The notes: generated by a model not told the origin, from the sequence alone. Counted from the first letter of the stretch, positions 33,514-44,325 are shown. The stretch: 44,572 nucleotides of DNA from Candidatus Lindowbacteria bacterium RIFCSPLOWO2_12_FULL_62_27 (GCA_001784175.1 MFPR01000027.1:579-45150); one strand, 5' to 3'. Made by a program: numbers and translations.

Positions 33514-35744
33514 TTTCCGGGAACGATCGACGGCGTGAATTCCGCGACCCGCGGGCCGAGCGCAAACCGCCGCGTCAGCCAGCAGAGCGGAATCACCGGC
33601 AGTTCCGAGTGCAGGAGGTCCTGCGCGGCGCCCAAGTCCCCGCCCTCCGAGGTCAAGGCGTCCACGATCGAGTTGCGATATCCCCACCGGTTGTTTTTTC
33701 CGGACGACGCGAACTGCTGCTGCATCCACAGCCGGTACGGCGGCCCCGGCGTCAGCGTCACGACGGCGAGATCATAGTCACCTTCGGCCAGCCGGTCCGA
33801 ATACGCGCGCCACGAAAGGCCCGTCGGCTCCGCCGTGAGATACAGCGACGACAGGTCCGACCGGATGCCTTCGGCGATCAGGCCGTAGTGCGGCTCTTCC
33901 ACCGGAAAGATCAGAACCAGGCGGCCCGTGTCGCCGCGGTCCTTCGCCAGGACCTGCGCCGCTACCACGGATTTTTCCGGCAGCTTGACGAGCGGCTGCG
34001 CCACCTCGCGCGCGGACGCAGGGAGGAACCCCTCGGCGGGACTGCCCCGTTGATTCAAGGAAACTTCCAGGACGGTCCGGCGGTCCAGAATCAGCGCCAC
34101 CATTCTGCGGAAATGGACATCCGACATCGGCCGGCGCCGGGCATTGAACGCGAGCGCCACCAGTTCCTCGGCGGAACTCTGGACCGTCCGGACGCCGGAC
34201 GCCGGGCCGAACTTCAGATATTCCTCGTCCGGGATCTCGTGAAGATCGGCCTGCCCTTCCTCAAACCCCTTTGAGCGCTTTTTGGGATCGCGCTCCACGG
34301 TCAGGATCAGCGTGTCCGGCGCCTTCGACCACACATCCTTCATGAAAAAATACGGACGTTTCTCGAGGATCACCGTCCGGACGCCCTTGGAGGCAAGCCG
34401 GTACGGCGAAAGGCCGGTGCCGACCGGATCGTACCGATCGTTGATCAGCCGAAAGACGGGGTCGGACAATCGCTCGCGCACGTCCAGCACCGGCGAATCG
34501 AGCGACAGGCCGATCTCGGTGTCGGACAGGACCGACCACCGGCAGGTCCCGAGGAGCGCCTGGGCCGACGGATCTTCGCTTCGGGCCGTCATGAGGTCGA
34601 CCACCTCGCGCGCGCGCACCGATGAGCCGCCCATGTCGGTCGAAAGATACGGCGGCAGCGTCACACGGACTTTGCCGGGAACTTCTTCGTTCCAATCCAG
34701 CGCGATTTGCGGCAGCGTGACCGACAGAAGTTCCTCCAGCACCGCATCGGCGGGCGTCTTGGCCGGCCGCTCCGCCCGCGCCGTCGTCGACAGAAAAAGG
34801 CGAAGGACGCCTCTCAGCGGATCGACCGGGCCGGACGGCGCAGAAATCGTTGCCGACACCGGCCGCACCTGAGGCGGCGTCCCGGACGGCAACGCAGTAT
34901 AAGCGGCATCCTTGGACGGCGGCGCGAACGCCGCCAGGGTTCTCGCCTCGTACGAGCGCGCGAAGCGCATGTCGCGAAACCCGAGATCAAAGAGCGCGAT
35001 CCCCACGATGATCTGTCCGGGCGCGCCCGGCTTCGGCAAAATCCGGCCGATGAGAAGCACGCCTTCGGTGTCGAACTGGCTCAACGTCGCCGGATACGGA
35101 AGGCCCGACGGGTCGACCTCGTTCGGCGTGAGCGGCGCGTCCGACGTTTTGAGGCCGTTGCGTTTGAGATGATACAGAACGAGGCTGCGGAGGATGCGGC
35201 TGCGGCCGTCCTGTTTGGCGGCGCCGGAACCGTCGTCGACATAAAAGGGCGACACGCGAATTTTCGGAATGTCCAGCTCCACCACGGCCCAGTCGCCACG
35301 CTCCACGGCCGGCTTGGCCGACTCGTCCATCTGGACCCACGCGGTGCGGTCATGCAGCGCGGTCACTTTTCCGCGCCCGGCCTCCACGCTCTCGCGCCCG
35401 AGAATTCTCGGCGGGCTGTCCGGCGACAGGATCGGTGAGCCGTCCCGGAAGAACACGACGTTCTGGCCCGTCCGGACGGCCGTCAGGTCCCCGACCAGAT
35501 AGGCGCGGCCGCCGTCCATGCCGACGTACGCCACCTTGGTCTGTACCGCCAGGAGATTGTCCCGGATTTCTTCGGAAATCTTGGAAGCCAGCCGCTCCAT
35601 CTCCTCCTGCTGGCCCCACGCCATCGGGGCGGTCAGCGCCACAGTGAGCAAAATCCCCAAGACACGCCTCATGACCGCGAAGCGTAGCAGGAGACCGGCA
35701 AAAAGGAAAGTTGCGCGCACCGCGCGCACCCCGCGACTACGCAC
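33486..35744 (-). CDS. large secreted protein whose C-terminal part resembles solute-binding protein family 5 (tentative)
   Basis: 752-aa ORF with an N-terminal signal-like hydrophobic segment. The functional assignment is weak. Confidence 0.5.
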   Translation of the reverse strand: MRSRGVRAVRATFLFAGLLLRFAVMRRVLGILLTVALTAPMAWGQQEEMERLASKISEEIRDNLLAVQTKVAYVGMDGGRAYLVGDLTAVRTGQNVVFFRDGSPILSPDSPPRILGRESVEAGRGKVTALHDRTAWVQMDESAKPAVERGDWAVVELDIPKIRVSPFYVDDGSGAAKQDGRSRILRSLVLYHLKRNGLKTSDAPLTPNEVDPSGLPYPATLSQFDTEGVLLIGRILPKPGAPGQIIVGIALFDLGFRDMRFARSYEARTLAAFAPPSKDAAYTALPSGTPPQVRPVSATISAPSGPVDPLRGVLRLFLSTTARAERPAKTPADAVLEELLSVTLPQIALDWNEEVPGKVRVTLPPYLSTDMGGSSVRAREVVDLMTARSEDPSAQALLGTCRWSVLSDTEIGLSLDSPVLDVRERLSDPVFRLINDRYDPVGTGLSPYRLASKGVRTVILEKRPYFFMKDVWSKAPDTLILTVERDPKKRSKGFEEGQADLHEIPDEEYLKFGPASGVRTVQSSAEELVALAFNARRRPMSDVHFRRMVALILDRRTVLEVSLNQRGSPAEGFLPASAREVAQPLVKLPEKSVVAAQVLAKDRGDTGRLVLIFPVEEPHYGLIAEGIRSDLSSLYLTAEPTGLSWRAYSDRLAEGDYDLAVVTLTPGPPYRLWMQQQFASSGKNNRWGYRNSIVDALTSEGGDLGAAQDLLHSELPVIPLCWLTRRFALGPRVAEFTPSIVPGKFFSSIRLK

Positions 35745-37320
35745 GGACCAGAATCTCGGCCAGCACGGGAGACCCCAGAAAATTGTCCTGAAAAACCCGC
35801 TTCCAGAATTGCAGGAATTTCGCCGAGTGCGTGAAATGCAGTTCCACGAAATGGATCGGATCGAACAGATCCGCCACCGCCGGCGCGCCGGCGCCCGATT
35901 TTCGGGCTCGTACCATCAGCCGGAGACGGAGAGTGGCGTACAGAAAACATAAAATCTGGATGCCGCGGACCCAGCCGAATTCAAAAAAGAAATCTTTTTC
36001 AAATATTTTGTACTGCAGAAATTTTCGAACGATCGGGGACAGAATCGCCTCCGATGGATCGTAATGCGCGCGGCGTAGGCGACGGTAATAGAGCGCGGCC
36101 CCGACCCCTTCCTCGGCCGGACCCCGCTCCAGGCGGTCGACAAACTCCTGCAGATCGTCCCGGCAGGACCGGAGCTGCGGCGTGCCCGCAACGCAAAGGA
36201 CTCTGAGCGCGACGATGCGCCGGATCAGGTGATAGGCGGCGCCGAGATCGGACACGGATTTGTGCTCCATGAAACAAACCGGATGCAGGCTCCGGTCCCG
36301 CAACTTCCGCCGGAGCGCCTCGCCGTCCGGCATGGCCTCCACCGCGCCCAAAAAACGCGCGATGGCGATCAGCGCGTCGTCCAGCGGCACGGTCCGGTTC
36401 AGAAACTCGATCAGAATGCTCTCGACCAGAAAATAGGTGTCCCACCCGAACGGCTTCGGATCGCGGATGGGCGATTCCGGCAGATTCACGGCTTCCGGCG
36501 GAATCGGCATGTCTCCCTCGATCAGAGTAAACGGTTCCGGCCGGCACAGGGTATGGAGAAAGGCGCCGTACGACGAAAAACTCATGCTCATCTCAAATCC
36601 CCTCGGCGTCATCACGCCCAGCCGCGGATAATCGCGGCACACCATACTCTTGAGCATAGGATCGTGCGCGTGCAGATAACAGTGATTGTCCTTGCCCAGG
36701 AAAACACACCGGCCGTCGCCGGTCAGCGTATAGTATTTTTTCCCGCCCTCTTCAAAGTACCACGGCATCTCCGGGTTGGGCCGGGGCGCCGGGGGGTTCT
36801 CCAGAAATGCGCGCGCCCGCTCGAATGAGGGCTCGTCGATCAGAATGCCCCAGAGCCGGCAACAGCCGCCGCACGCGGTACACGAAAAGTTCCCGAGATC
36901 GGCGGGGGCGATGACCTTCAGCGTCGACGCCCGGGCGGAGGTTGTCAACGGATCAGGTCCTCCGGCGTGTAAAATCGGCTTGATGCGCCATACGGCCGCG
37001 CGCTTCGCTTGACATACAGCCACACGAGAAGCCGATGCAGAAGATGTCCCACGGCGGGGATCCGGCCGAAGAGAAAGAGGAAGGCGCGAAACAGGATCAG
37101 CTTGAACGGGCTCATGCAGTCCCTCCGCCGGACAACCAGAGGGCGCTCCGAAGATAATCGGCGGCGTACGGAACCATGTACCGGTCGTCCATCCAGGATG
37201 GTTGCAGAATTTTTTGCTGCGCAGCGCCGCGCGAGATTTTCCCGATCTGGCCGCTCCCGGCCCACGCGAGGGAAAAGGGATAAAAGAATCGCGTGGAACG
37301 CGACTGCCCGCCGTATTCAT
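35737..37320 (-). CDS. CxxCxxCC (UPF0153/YkgJ-like) putative Fe-S/zinc-binding protein. The start is probably downstream of 37112.
   Basis: Motif CTACGGCC. The N-terminal ~70 codons overlap the upstream gene in another frame and are low-complexity. Confidence 0.5.
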   Translation of the reverse strand: MNTAGSRVPRDSFIPFPSRGPGAARSGKSRAALRSKKFCNHPGWTTGTWFRTPPIIFGAPSGCPAEGLHEPVQADPVSRLPLSLRPDPRRGTSSASASRVAVCQAKRAAVWRIKPILHAGGPDPLTTSARASTLKVIAPADLGNFSCTACGGCCRLWGILIDEPSFERARAFLENPPAPRPNPEMPWYFEEGGKKYYTLTGDGRCVFLGKDNHCYLHAHDPMLKSMVCRDYPRLGVMTPRGFEMSMSFSSYGAFLHTLCRPEPFTLIEGDMPIPPEAVNLPESPIRDPKPFGWDTYFLVESILIEFLNRTVPLDDALIAIARFLGAVEAMPDGEALRRKLRDRSLHPVCFMEHKSVSDLGAAYHLIRRIVALRVLCVAGTPQLRSCRDDLQEFVDRLERGPAEEGVGAALYYRRLRRAHYDPSEAILSPIVRKFLQYKIFEKDFFFEFGWVRGIQILCFLYATLRLRLMVRARKSGAGAPAVADLFDPIHFVELHFTHSAKFLQFWKRVFQDNFLGSPVLAEILVRA

Positions 37321-38047
37321 AAACGCCGTCGGCGCCGAGGTTGGATCCCAGCCGGTCCGCCTCCCGTTTCACCCAGTCGCCGGCGCTCTCGTCGCGGGCG
37401 CGGGCCGCGTAGATCGCCAGCGCCGACAGCGTGATGCTGGCATACCCGAGATCGGATCCGCCATACTCGTTGAAGTATCCGAGCCGCGCGTGTTCCTCGC
37501 GCATCCGTTCGACCCGCCGGCGCGCGGCGCGCAGCAGGGCGTCGCTGCATATTAATATGGAGAGGTTGGCAAGGGCGGCCGCCGAGGCAGCCTGCTGGTT
37601 GGCCGTGTCGTCCGCCTCATGACGGGCCAGCCAGCGGCCGACCGGCGCGAGGTCTGTCACGGGCGGCTCTTTCAAGAGCATGAGGGCCTGCGTTGCGTGC
37701 ATCGCCGAAAAGGCGGTCGCGCAGAACGAGCGTTCCCAAGGGTACGCCTCGTCAAAGCTTCCGTCGCCGCGCCGCATCCGCTCCCAGTACCGGACAGCGG
37801 CCAGCGCCCACTCGCGGATCTTCTCTTTTCCATGGTAAGGATTGGACGCGTGCGAATAGACAAAGGCGCACGCGAGGACTTCCGACACTTCTTGAAAGCG
37901 CGCGTTTGGAAAATCATGCAATTTGTAGTGCCAGAAATACCGCTCGGCGCAGCCGTACGTGGAACTGGGGTTGTCCCGGTCGATCATTCCCAGAATCCTG
38001 GGCACCTGCCCGATGGCTTCGCCGCCGATCTCCTCCGCTTCGTTCAC
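37112..38047 (-). CDS. hypothetical protein (311 aa), alpha-helical
   Basis: ORF with coding-like composition, divergent from the ATP-grasp gene. No confident domain call. Confidence 0.5.
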   Translation of the reverse strand: MNEAEEIGGEAIGQVPRILGMIDRDNPSSTYGCAERYFWHYKLHDFPNARFQEVSEVLACAFVYSHASNPYHGKEKIREWALAAVRYWERMRRGDGSFDEAYPWERSFCATAFSAMHATQALMLLKEPPVTDLAPVGRWLARHEADDTANQQAASAAALANLSILICSDALLRAARRRVERMREEHARLGYFNEYGGSDLGYASITLSALAIYAARARDESAGDWVKREADRLGSNLGADGVYEYGGQSRSTRFFYPFSLAWAGSGQIGKISRGAAQQKILQPSWMDDRYMVPYAADYLRSALWLSGGGTA

Positions 38048-38210
38048 CGCGTGGCCTCCTGTAACCCGAAAAGTCGATTCGGCGCATTCACCCGTTCAAC
38101 TTATCGACCCCTCTCTTTCCCCCCTTTACAAGGGGGGATAAAGGGGGGTCTGTTGAAACGGTTGCGGGCGACGCGGCGTCTTGATAAGTGTTCATAAGGG
38201 GGGTGAAGCC

Positions 38211-39728
38211 ATGACGTCAAATCCGCTGGAGAGTTTGTCCAAGCTCAAGCGAGTGTCCCGGGCGGCCGGGTGGTTCAAGGGCGTTCAGCTTGTCTATCAG
38301 GGGTTCGGCCCGCTCGCGGCCCACATGTTCCACCATTTCACGCCGGTCGCCGGTATCGTCGCCAATTTTTACGGCGAGGACGTGCAGACCTACATCGAAA
38401 AGGGGTGGGGCACGCCGGTGTTTTCCTACGAGGCCAAAAAGCGCGTGCGCCACAACTCGGTCAATTTATTCACGGATTTTTTTTACAAGGACTATGGCGA
38501 AGAGATCGCCCGGAGGTTCAACCGGCTCAAGGGCACGGTCTGTTTCGTGCCGTTCAACACGACGCCCGCGCTCCACGATTTCCTCTTTCGCCGCGGCCGG
38601 CACTACCGGCTGTTTCAGAATCCGGTCATCGTCCAGAATTATTTTGACTACAAGGCCCGGCTCGCATGGCGCGCGAAGGACATCGGCATTCCCATTCCAC
38701 CGGCAAGCCAGGTCAAGATGTTTTGCGAGCTGAATTACAAGGAACTGGCCGACACCTACGAGGGGTCGTTCGTCCTCCAGATGCCGCTGTCGACGGCCGG
38801 CAGCGGCACCGATTTCGTCCACTCGCGTGACGATTTCGACGCGATCCTGGACCGCCGCCGGCGGGAACTCGGCGAGGGATTCGACCGGAAGCAGGTCAAA
38901 ATCACCCGGTACATGGGCGGACCCAGCCTGAACTGCACCGCGTGTGTCATCAACGGGGAAGTCGCGTTGTCCCAGCCGGACATCCAGATCGTGGGCGATC
39001 CTGATCTTGTGTCGACGCCCGGCCAGTACATCGGCTCCGATTTTTCCCAGCATGCGATCCCGAAACACATCCGCAAACAGATCCTGGACATCATGCGCAA
39101 GACCGGAACATGGATGGGCGCGAACGGCTATCATGGGAATTTCGGACTTGATTTTCTGACGACCACCGACAAGTCGGGCGTGGTGGACACCCTCTGCGTC
39201 AGCGAGATCAACGCGCGGCTGGTCGGCGAATCGCAGTACATGGCGGATTTTCAAGCCATGAAAAACGTCGTGCCGCTGCCGTTTTTCCATCTCGCCGAGT
39301 TTCTCGAGATCGACATCAAGCCCGAGTGGGTCCGGAAATACAATCAGGCCCTGCCCGAGATCGAGGGGTCGGCGCTCCTGATTTACAACAACCGCAAAGG
39401 CACGTTCCGTGCGCCCGGCAAACTGCGCAGCGGCGTCTTCCGGATCGAGGACGGAAAACTCAACAGACTCCGAGACGGGTACCTCCTGTCCGAAACGAAG
39501 AACAGCGACGAGTTCGTCATCACCAACGGGACTCCCTGGAAGGACCTCGTGATCGGCCATCCGCGATACGGCGACCAGGACGTCTTCCTCTGCTATATCA
39601 TGACGCGGGAAAGCATCGTCGATCCGAAAAACTGGAGGCGTGTGAGCCCGAAGTGGCGAGGGATCGTCGATGTCGTCCGCGACGCCGTCGGGCTTGAACC
39701 CTGCCCGTACCGATCGCTCAGCGAATAA
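38211..39728 (+). CDS. ATP-grasp-fold protein (hypothetical ligase)
   Basis: RBS AAGGGGGG lies 7 nt before ATG 38211. ATP-grasp-like core (…MPLSTAGSGTDFV…, …NGYHGNFGLDFL…, …EINARLVGES…). Confidence 0.6.
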   Translation: MTSNPLESLSKLKRVSRAAGWFKGVQLVYQGFGPLAAHMFHHFTPVAGIVANFYGEDVQTYIEKGWGTPVFSYEAKKRVRHNSVNLFTDFFYKDYGEEIARRFNRLKGTVCFVPFNTTPALHDFLFRRGRHYRLFQNPVIVQNYFDYKARLAWRAKDIGIPIPPASQVKMFCELNYKELADTYEGSFVLQMPLSTAGSGTDFVHSRDDFDAILDRRRRELGEGFDRKQVKITRYMGGPSLNCTACVINGEVALSQPDIQIVGDPDLVSTPGQYIGSDFSQHAIPKHIRKQILDIMRKTGTWMGANGYHGNFGLDFLTTTDKSGVVDTLCVSEINARLVGESQYMADFQAMKNVVPLPFFHLAEFLEIDIKPEWVRKYNQALPEIEGSALLIYNNRKGTFRAPGKLRSGVFRIEDGKLNRLRDGYLLSETKNSDEFVITNGTPWKDLVIGHPRYGDQDVFLCYIMTRESIVDPKNWRRVSPKWRGIVDVVRDAVGLEPCPYRSLSE

Positions 39729-39748
39729 TTTTTCAGGAGCGCCGAAAC

Positions 39749-41665
39749 GTGCCGGAAACCTTGTATGAAACGCGGCCGGTGGAACACTGGGTCGGCCCGC
39801 ACCGCCTGTACGTCGAAGGCCGCGAGCCGGTGGGGGCGCCGGCCGACCGGCCGGCGATTCTCTTCACGGGCGGGGCCTTCGATGGGAGCTGGATTTTCCG
39901 GAGAGAAATCGAGTATCTTTCCGCCCGCGGCTGGCGCGTCTTCGCGCTGAACCTGCGCGGATACTTCAAGAGCCTCTGGCAGGATGTCGCGTCTCTGACC
40001 GTCGAGGATTATCTAAACGACATTTTGACCGTCCGGCAGAGTTTGAATCTGGAGCAGGTGATCCTGTCCGGATTCAGCATGGGCGGGCTCCTCGCCGCCA
40101 AACACGCCGAGCAGCACGGCGCGGCGGCGATGATCCTGTACGACAGCGACGCATCCCGCGAAATCTGGGAGGCACTCGGCCTCAAGCGCAACGCGCACCA
40201 CGTCCAGCCGGTGGCGCGGTTCTGGCCGGCGCCGGAGATTGTGCGGGAAATGTGGGGCGGTTGGGTCAGCAAGGCGCGGTACCGGGAATTTCTGGAATTG
40301 TTCAAACAGACATCGATGTCGGGCCGGGCGTTCGAGGTCACGGAATACGGCGGGCTCAGCGTCGACGCCGAAAAAATTCATTGTCCCGCGCTCCTCATCG
40401 GCATCCGCCGCGACGCGCGCGTCCAGGAGGAATGGTTCCGCCGGCTGCACGCGACATGGCTCGTGTTTGAGGGAAACTCGCACGGCAGCATTCTCGTCGG
40501 CCCTCGGTCCCTCACGATCACAGAAGAGGTCACCCGGTGGCTGGACTCGGGATTCAGCCCGCGCGGCAAAAAAATATTCCCGCCGCTCGGCGTTCTGCCC
40601 GGACAACCGGACTGGTTCCGGATGAGGCTCTTTTATTTTTCGGGCTGGAAAAATCCGGAGGTCGAAATTCAACCGCCCAACCGCCGGCCGGCCATCCGGG
40701 TGAAAATGGAGCGCGCGGGGAATGGCCGGAACGAAAGCGAGAGCCTGCATGAAGCCACGCTGGTGCTGAACCGGCGCGGGGGATTCTTCATCCGCGAGGG
40801 CGAGACGCATGACCGGCCGCTGGGCCGCGGCCTCTATCGGCCGCTCGCGCGCGAAGGCTGGCTGGCGGACGGGGAGTTCTTCCATGAATGGCCGCCGGCC
40901 GGCCGATCCGGCCCCGAATACATCAATCTTGAAGTTGAATCCAACGATCTGCGCCACAAATTCCGCGTGCATCTGCTGCTGCCGAGAAACTACCGACGTG
41001 AAACACAGCCGTATCCGGTCTGCGTTTTGAACGACGGCCAGAACCAGTGGAAAAACCAGGGCGCGTTCGGCGGGTGGCACACCGATGCCATCACGAGCGA
41101 ACTCGCAAAAAAGGGACGATGCCGCGACGTCGTGCTCGTCGGTGTCGAGTCCACACGCCTGCACCGCAGCAAGTATTATCTCACGCCACCCATCGGCCGG
41201 GCCGATCTCTATGTGAACTTCCTCGCCGACGTTCTGCTCCCGCGCCTCCGCCGGGATTTCCATCTCTCGGCCCGCTCCGATGAGATCGGCATCGTCGGCG
41301 CCTCCTACGGCGCCAATTGCGCCGTTTACGCGGGAATGAAACGCCCGGACGTGTTCGGCCTTGTCGGAAGCCTGTCCTACACGCCGCTGAAAGGCCGCCC
41401 GCTCCGGAGCTGGATGGAACGCCTGCCGAGGCTGCCCTTCCGACGCCTCTACATCGACTGCGGCACCCGCTGGACACCCGAGCAAAAAGGTTCCCGGACC
41501 GACAACACACAAACCTCCAAGGATCTCGCGCGCGTCGCGCAGGCCAAGGGCATGACGCCGGGGAGAAATCTCATGTTCCTCGTCGCCCAGGGACACTGCC
41601 ACCGCGAACCCTTCTGGCGCAAACGCGTCGGCGGCTGCATCGAGTTTCTGTTTACGCTTGTTTGA
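39749..41665 (+). CDS. alpha/beta-hydrolase fused to an esterase (enterochelin esterase-like) domain
   Basis: N-terminal GFSMGG nucleophile elbow. C-terminal GASYGANCAVYAG esterase motif. Confidence 0.7.
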   Translation: MPETLYETRPVEHWVGPHRLYVEGREPVGAPADRPAILFTGGAFDGSWIFRREIEYLSARGWRVFALNLRGYFKSLWQDVASLTVEDYLNDILTVRQSLNLEQVILSGFSMGGLLAAKHAEQHGAAAMILYDSDASREIWEALGLKRNAHHVQPVARFWPAPEIVREMWGGWVSKARYREFLELFKQTSMSGRAFEVTEYGGLSVDAEKIHCPALLIGIRRDARVQEEWFRRLHATWLVFEGNSHGSILVGPRSLTITEEVTRWLDSGFSPRGKKIFPPLGVLPGQPDWFRMRLFYFSGWKNPEVEIQPPNRRPAIRVKMERAGNGRNESESLHEATLVLNRRGGFFIREGETHDRPLGRGLYRPLAREGWLADGEFFHEWPPAGRSGPEYINLEVESNDLRHKFRVHLLLPRNYRRETQPYPVCVLNDGQNQWKNQGAFGGWHTDAITSELAKKGRCRDVVLVGVESTRLHRSKYYLTPPIGRADLYVNFLADVLLPRLRRDFHLSARSDEIGIVGASYGANCAVYAGMKRPDVFGLVGSLSYTPLKGRPLRSWMERLPRLPFRRLYIDCGTRWTPEQKGSRTDNTQTSKDLARVAQAKGMTPGRNLMFLVAQGHCHREPFWRKRVGGCIEFLFTLV

Positions 41666-41681
41666 TATCCGGCTGAGACAT

Positions 41682-42875
41682 TCAGTCCGAACGGGTGCTG
41701 AGCGCCTCCGCCAATCGAAGAATCTCCCCCGGCGGCATCTCCGCATAGCAGGGCACGAACACCCAGCCGGCCCGGATACGTTCCACACCCGCCGCCCGGA
41801 GTTCGGAACGACCGGCGGGGGAATCCACCACGACCATGCTGTCCCCCTGCGTCGCGTCGAATCCAAGCCGGCGAAGTTTTCCAATGGTGGCTGCGGAGTC
41901 GGACGTCCACACAGGGAACACCCAAAAGGTATGATCCGCCGCGCGGCCGCCCGGACACATCAGAGGGGGCTGCAGTCGTTCCATGAGCATCGTGCCGTTC
42001 TCTCGACGCACGGCCATTCGAGCCGCATTCGGCCGGCCCAAGCGTCGGGCCATCACCGCCAGAAGCGCGGCGCAGGGCTGACGGCGGATCTGATCGAAGA
42101 AATCGGCGCCGGCAAATCCTTTCACCGCCGCATTGATGCGCCCATCGTAATCGACGCCGAACAGACGGCAGACCCCGACGACCCGGCCATACGCGAACCG
42201 GCAAGACAAAGCCTTCAAAACGGCGTATTTCATCAGCCGCCGAAGATAGGCCCATCGAGATTGTTCCGGATAGGCGGCTTGCCGCTCGCGCATTCGAGCC
42301 AGGACCCCGGGCGATCGAACCATCGCCATGGCGCCGCCGAGCGCGGAGGCGGTTTTGATCGGACCAAAACTGAAAAGCGACACGTCCGCATGCGGCGATC
42401 CCCGGTAAGAATCCGCAGTGTACGCTTGAGCGGCGTCCTCGATCAGCAGGATCCCCTTTTCCTTCGCGATCCTGGCGATGGGTTCCAACGAATTCCGCCC
42501 GCCGAAATACTGGGCGACGACGATGGCGCGGCACGCGGGCGTGATGGCGCTTCGCAGGTGTTTGGGGTCCGGCGCAAGGTCAAGGCAGTTGAGATCGATT
42601 GGCACGGCCACCAAGCCATGGTGTTCGATGATTCCGACCATGTCTCTCACCGTCAGCGCCGTGATCAGAATTTCGCTTCGAGGCGGAAAATCCAAGACGC
42701 CAAGCAGGAGGTCAAACCCGGTTCGGACGGACAGCGTCGACAGGCACGCTCCACGCGGAGACCAAACGGCTTCAACACGCGTCTGCCAGGCATCGCGTTT
42801 GACGCCAATGACAGATTGAACCATTCCGTAAAAAATGTCCGCCCAGCCGATGTCCAGCCGGAGCCTTGCCCACAT
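41682..42875 (-). CDS. DegT/DnrJ/EryC1/StrS-family PLP-dependent aminotransferase
   Basis: Segment …GILLIEDAAQAYTADSYRGSPHADVSLFSFGPIKTASALGGAMAM… is typical of the family. Confidence 0.8.
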   Translation of the reverse strand: MWARLRLDIGWADIFYGMVQSVIGVKRDAWQTRVEAVWSPRGACLSTLSVRTGFDLLLGVLDFPPRSEILITALTVRDMVGIIEHHGLVAVPIDLNCLDLAPDPKHLRSAITPACRAIVVAQYFGGRNSLEPIARIAKEKGILLIEDAAQAYTADSYRGSPHADVSLFSFGPIKTASALGGAMAMVRSPGVLARMRERQAAYPEQSRWAYLRRLMKYAVLKALSCRFAYGRVVGVCRLFGVDYDGRINAAVKGFAGADFFDQIRRQPCAALLAVMARRLGRPNAARMAVRRENGTMLMERLQPPLMCPGGRAADHTFWVFPVWTSDSAATIGKLRRLGFDATQGDSMVVVDSPAGRSELRAAGVERIRAGWVFVPCYAEMPPGEILRLAEALSTRSD

Positions 42876-43011
42876 GGTCGGGTCTATTCACCTCCTCTCC
42901 CCCCGCAAGGGGGGAGAGGAATGAGGTGAGGGGGGTTGATGTGCCGGCGATGGGCCACCCTCACCCCGACCCTCTCCCGCCAATGGCGGGAGAGGGGGGA
43001 TACCTGAATAG

Positions 43012-44325
43012 TCACGAAAAATCTCTTGGCGTGATCGTGAGTTTCTTGAGTTTCAGTTGAAGACCCCGTCTCGTGAGGCCCAGTCGGGTCGCGGCGCGGG
43101 TCACGTTGCCCTTTTCGATCTGGAGCGCCTCGCGGATCGCGGCGAGTTCGGCTTCCTGTCTCCTGCCGGACAAATCCGAAGGCGGGAGGCCAGCGGAATC
43201 ATCCCGGACGGCGTCGGGACCGATGGCGTCGGTTTCGGCGAAAATAGCGGCGCTTTCCACCACGTTTTGCAATTCTCGAATATTGCCCGGCCAGGAGCGC
43301 CGCTCCAGAACATCAAGGGCTTCTCCGGTCCATGTCAGTTTCCGGCGCAGCTTTGCGGCATGCTGTTTCAGAAAATTGTCGGCGAGGAGCCGAATGTCCG
43401 CGGCGCGATCGCGAAGCGGGGGGATCGACAGCGTGACGGCGCTCAACCGATAGTACAAATCCTCTCGAAACCTGCCTGACGACATTTCCTGCTTCAAGTC
43501 CCGGTGCGTCGCCACGACCAGCCGAAGATCCACGGGACGTTCGGAGACGGCGCCCAGCCGCGTGATTTTTCGTTCCTGTACTGCGCGCAGGAGCTTCGCC
43601 TGCGCCGGCGCCGGTAGTTCCGCCACCTCGTCCAGAAACAACGTGCCGCCGGCCGCCACCTCGAATTTGCCCGGGCGAGCCGTCGTCGCGCCCGTGAATG
43701 CGCCCTTTTCGTGGCCGAACAGCTCGCTTTCCACGAGCGTCTCCGGCAGGGCCGCGCAGTTCACCGCAACGAACGGGCCCGCCGGCCTCTTGGAAGTCTC
43801 ATGGATCGCCCGCGCGGCCAGCTCCTTGCCGGTCCCGGTTTCACCGACGATCAGCACCGTGGCGTCCGTCGGGCCGACCTTGCGGATATCGGCGATGAGT
43901 TTCCGAATCGCCGGGCTCTCGCCGAGAATGCCGCCGGGCGTCGGCCGCGCGTCACCCTCGGACGCGCGCGATTGCGCGAGCGCTTTTTGCACGACCGATT
44001 TCATTTGTTCGGCATCGAAGGGCTTTTCAAGAAAATCGAACGCCCCGAGTTTCATCGACTCGACGGCGTCGGACACCGTGCCGTGCGCCGTCAGCACGAC
44101 AACCGTCGATGGAAGCCGGCCGCCGTATTCGCGCAGGAGCGCCATCCCGTCTTTTTCGGGCATGTTCAGATCCAGGAGGACCAGCTCCGGCTGGTCCGCA
44201 TCCATGCACGATTTGGCCTCGACGCCATTTTTGGCCTGCAACACCTCCAGCCCCATGTCCGCAAGAAGTTTGCCCACGACGGTCCGGATGCCGGATTCGT
44301 CGTCCACGACCAGCGCCGTGATCAT
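43012..44325 (-). CDS. sigma-54-dependent response regulator (NtrC family)
   Basis: Receiver domain (VVDDE...LLDLNMP). AAA+ sigma-54 activator core (GETGTGKE...GAFTGA...ESELFGHEKGAFTGA). C-terminal Fis-type HTH. Confidence 0.9.
   Translation of the reverse strand: MITALVVDDESGIRTVVGKLLADMGLEVLQAKNGVEAKSCMDADQPELVLLDLNMPEKDGMALLREYGGRLPSTVVVLTAHGTVSDAVESMKLGAFDFLEKPFDAEQMKSVVQKALAQSRASEGDARPTPGGILGESPAIRKLIADIRKVGPTDATVLIVGETGTGKELAARAIHETSKRPAGPFVAVNCAALPETLVESELFGHEKGAFTGATTARPGKFEVAAGGTLFLDEVAELPAPAQAKLLRAVQERKITRLGAVSERPVDLRLVVATHRDLKQEMSSGRFREDLYYRLSAVTLSIPPLRDRAADIRLLADNFLKQHAAKLRRKLTWTGEALDVLERRSWPGNIRELQNVVESAAIFAETDAIGPDAVRDDSAGLPPSDLSGRRQEAELAAIREALQIEKGNVTRAATRLGLTRRGLQLKLKKLTITPRDFS

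Noticed and set aside
41449-42534. 361-aa minus-strand ORF overlapping the DegT aminotransferase gene
   Set aside because: It is an alternative frame of the same region with low-complexity translation. The DegT frame carries recognizable family motifs.
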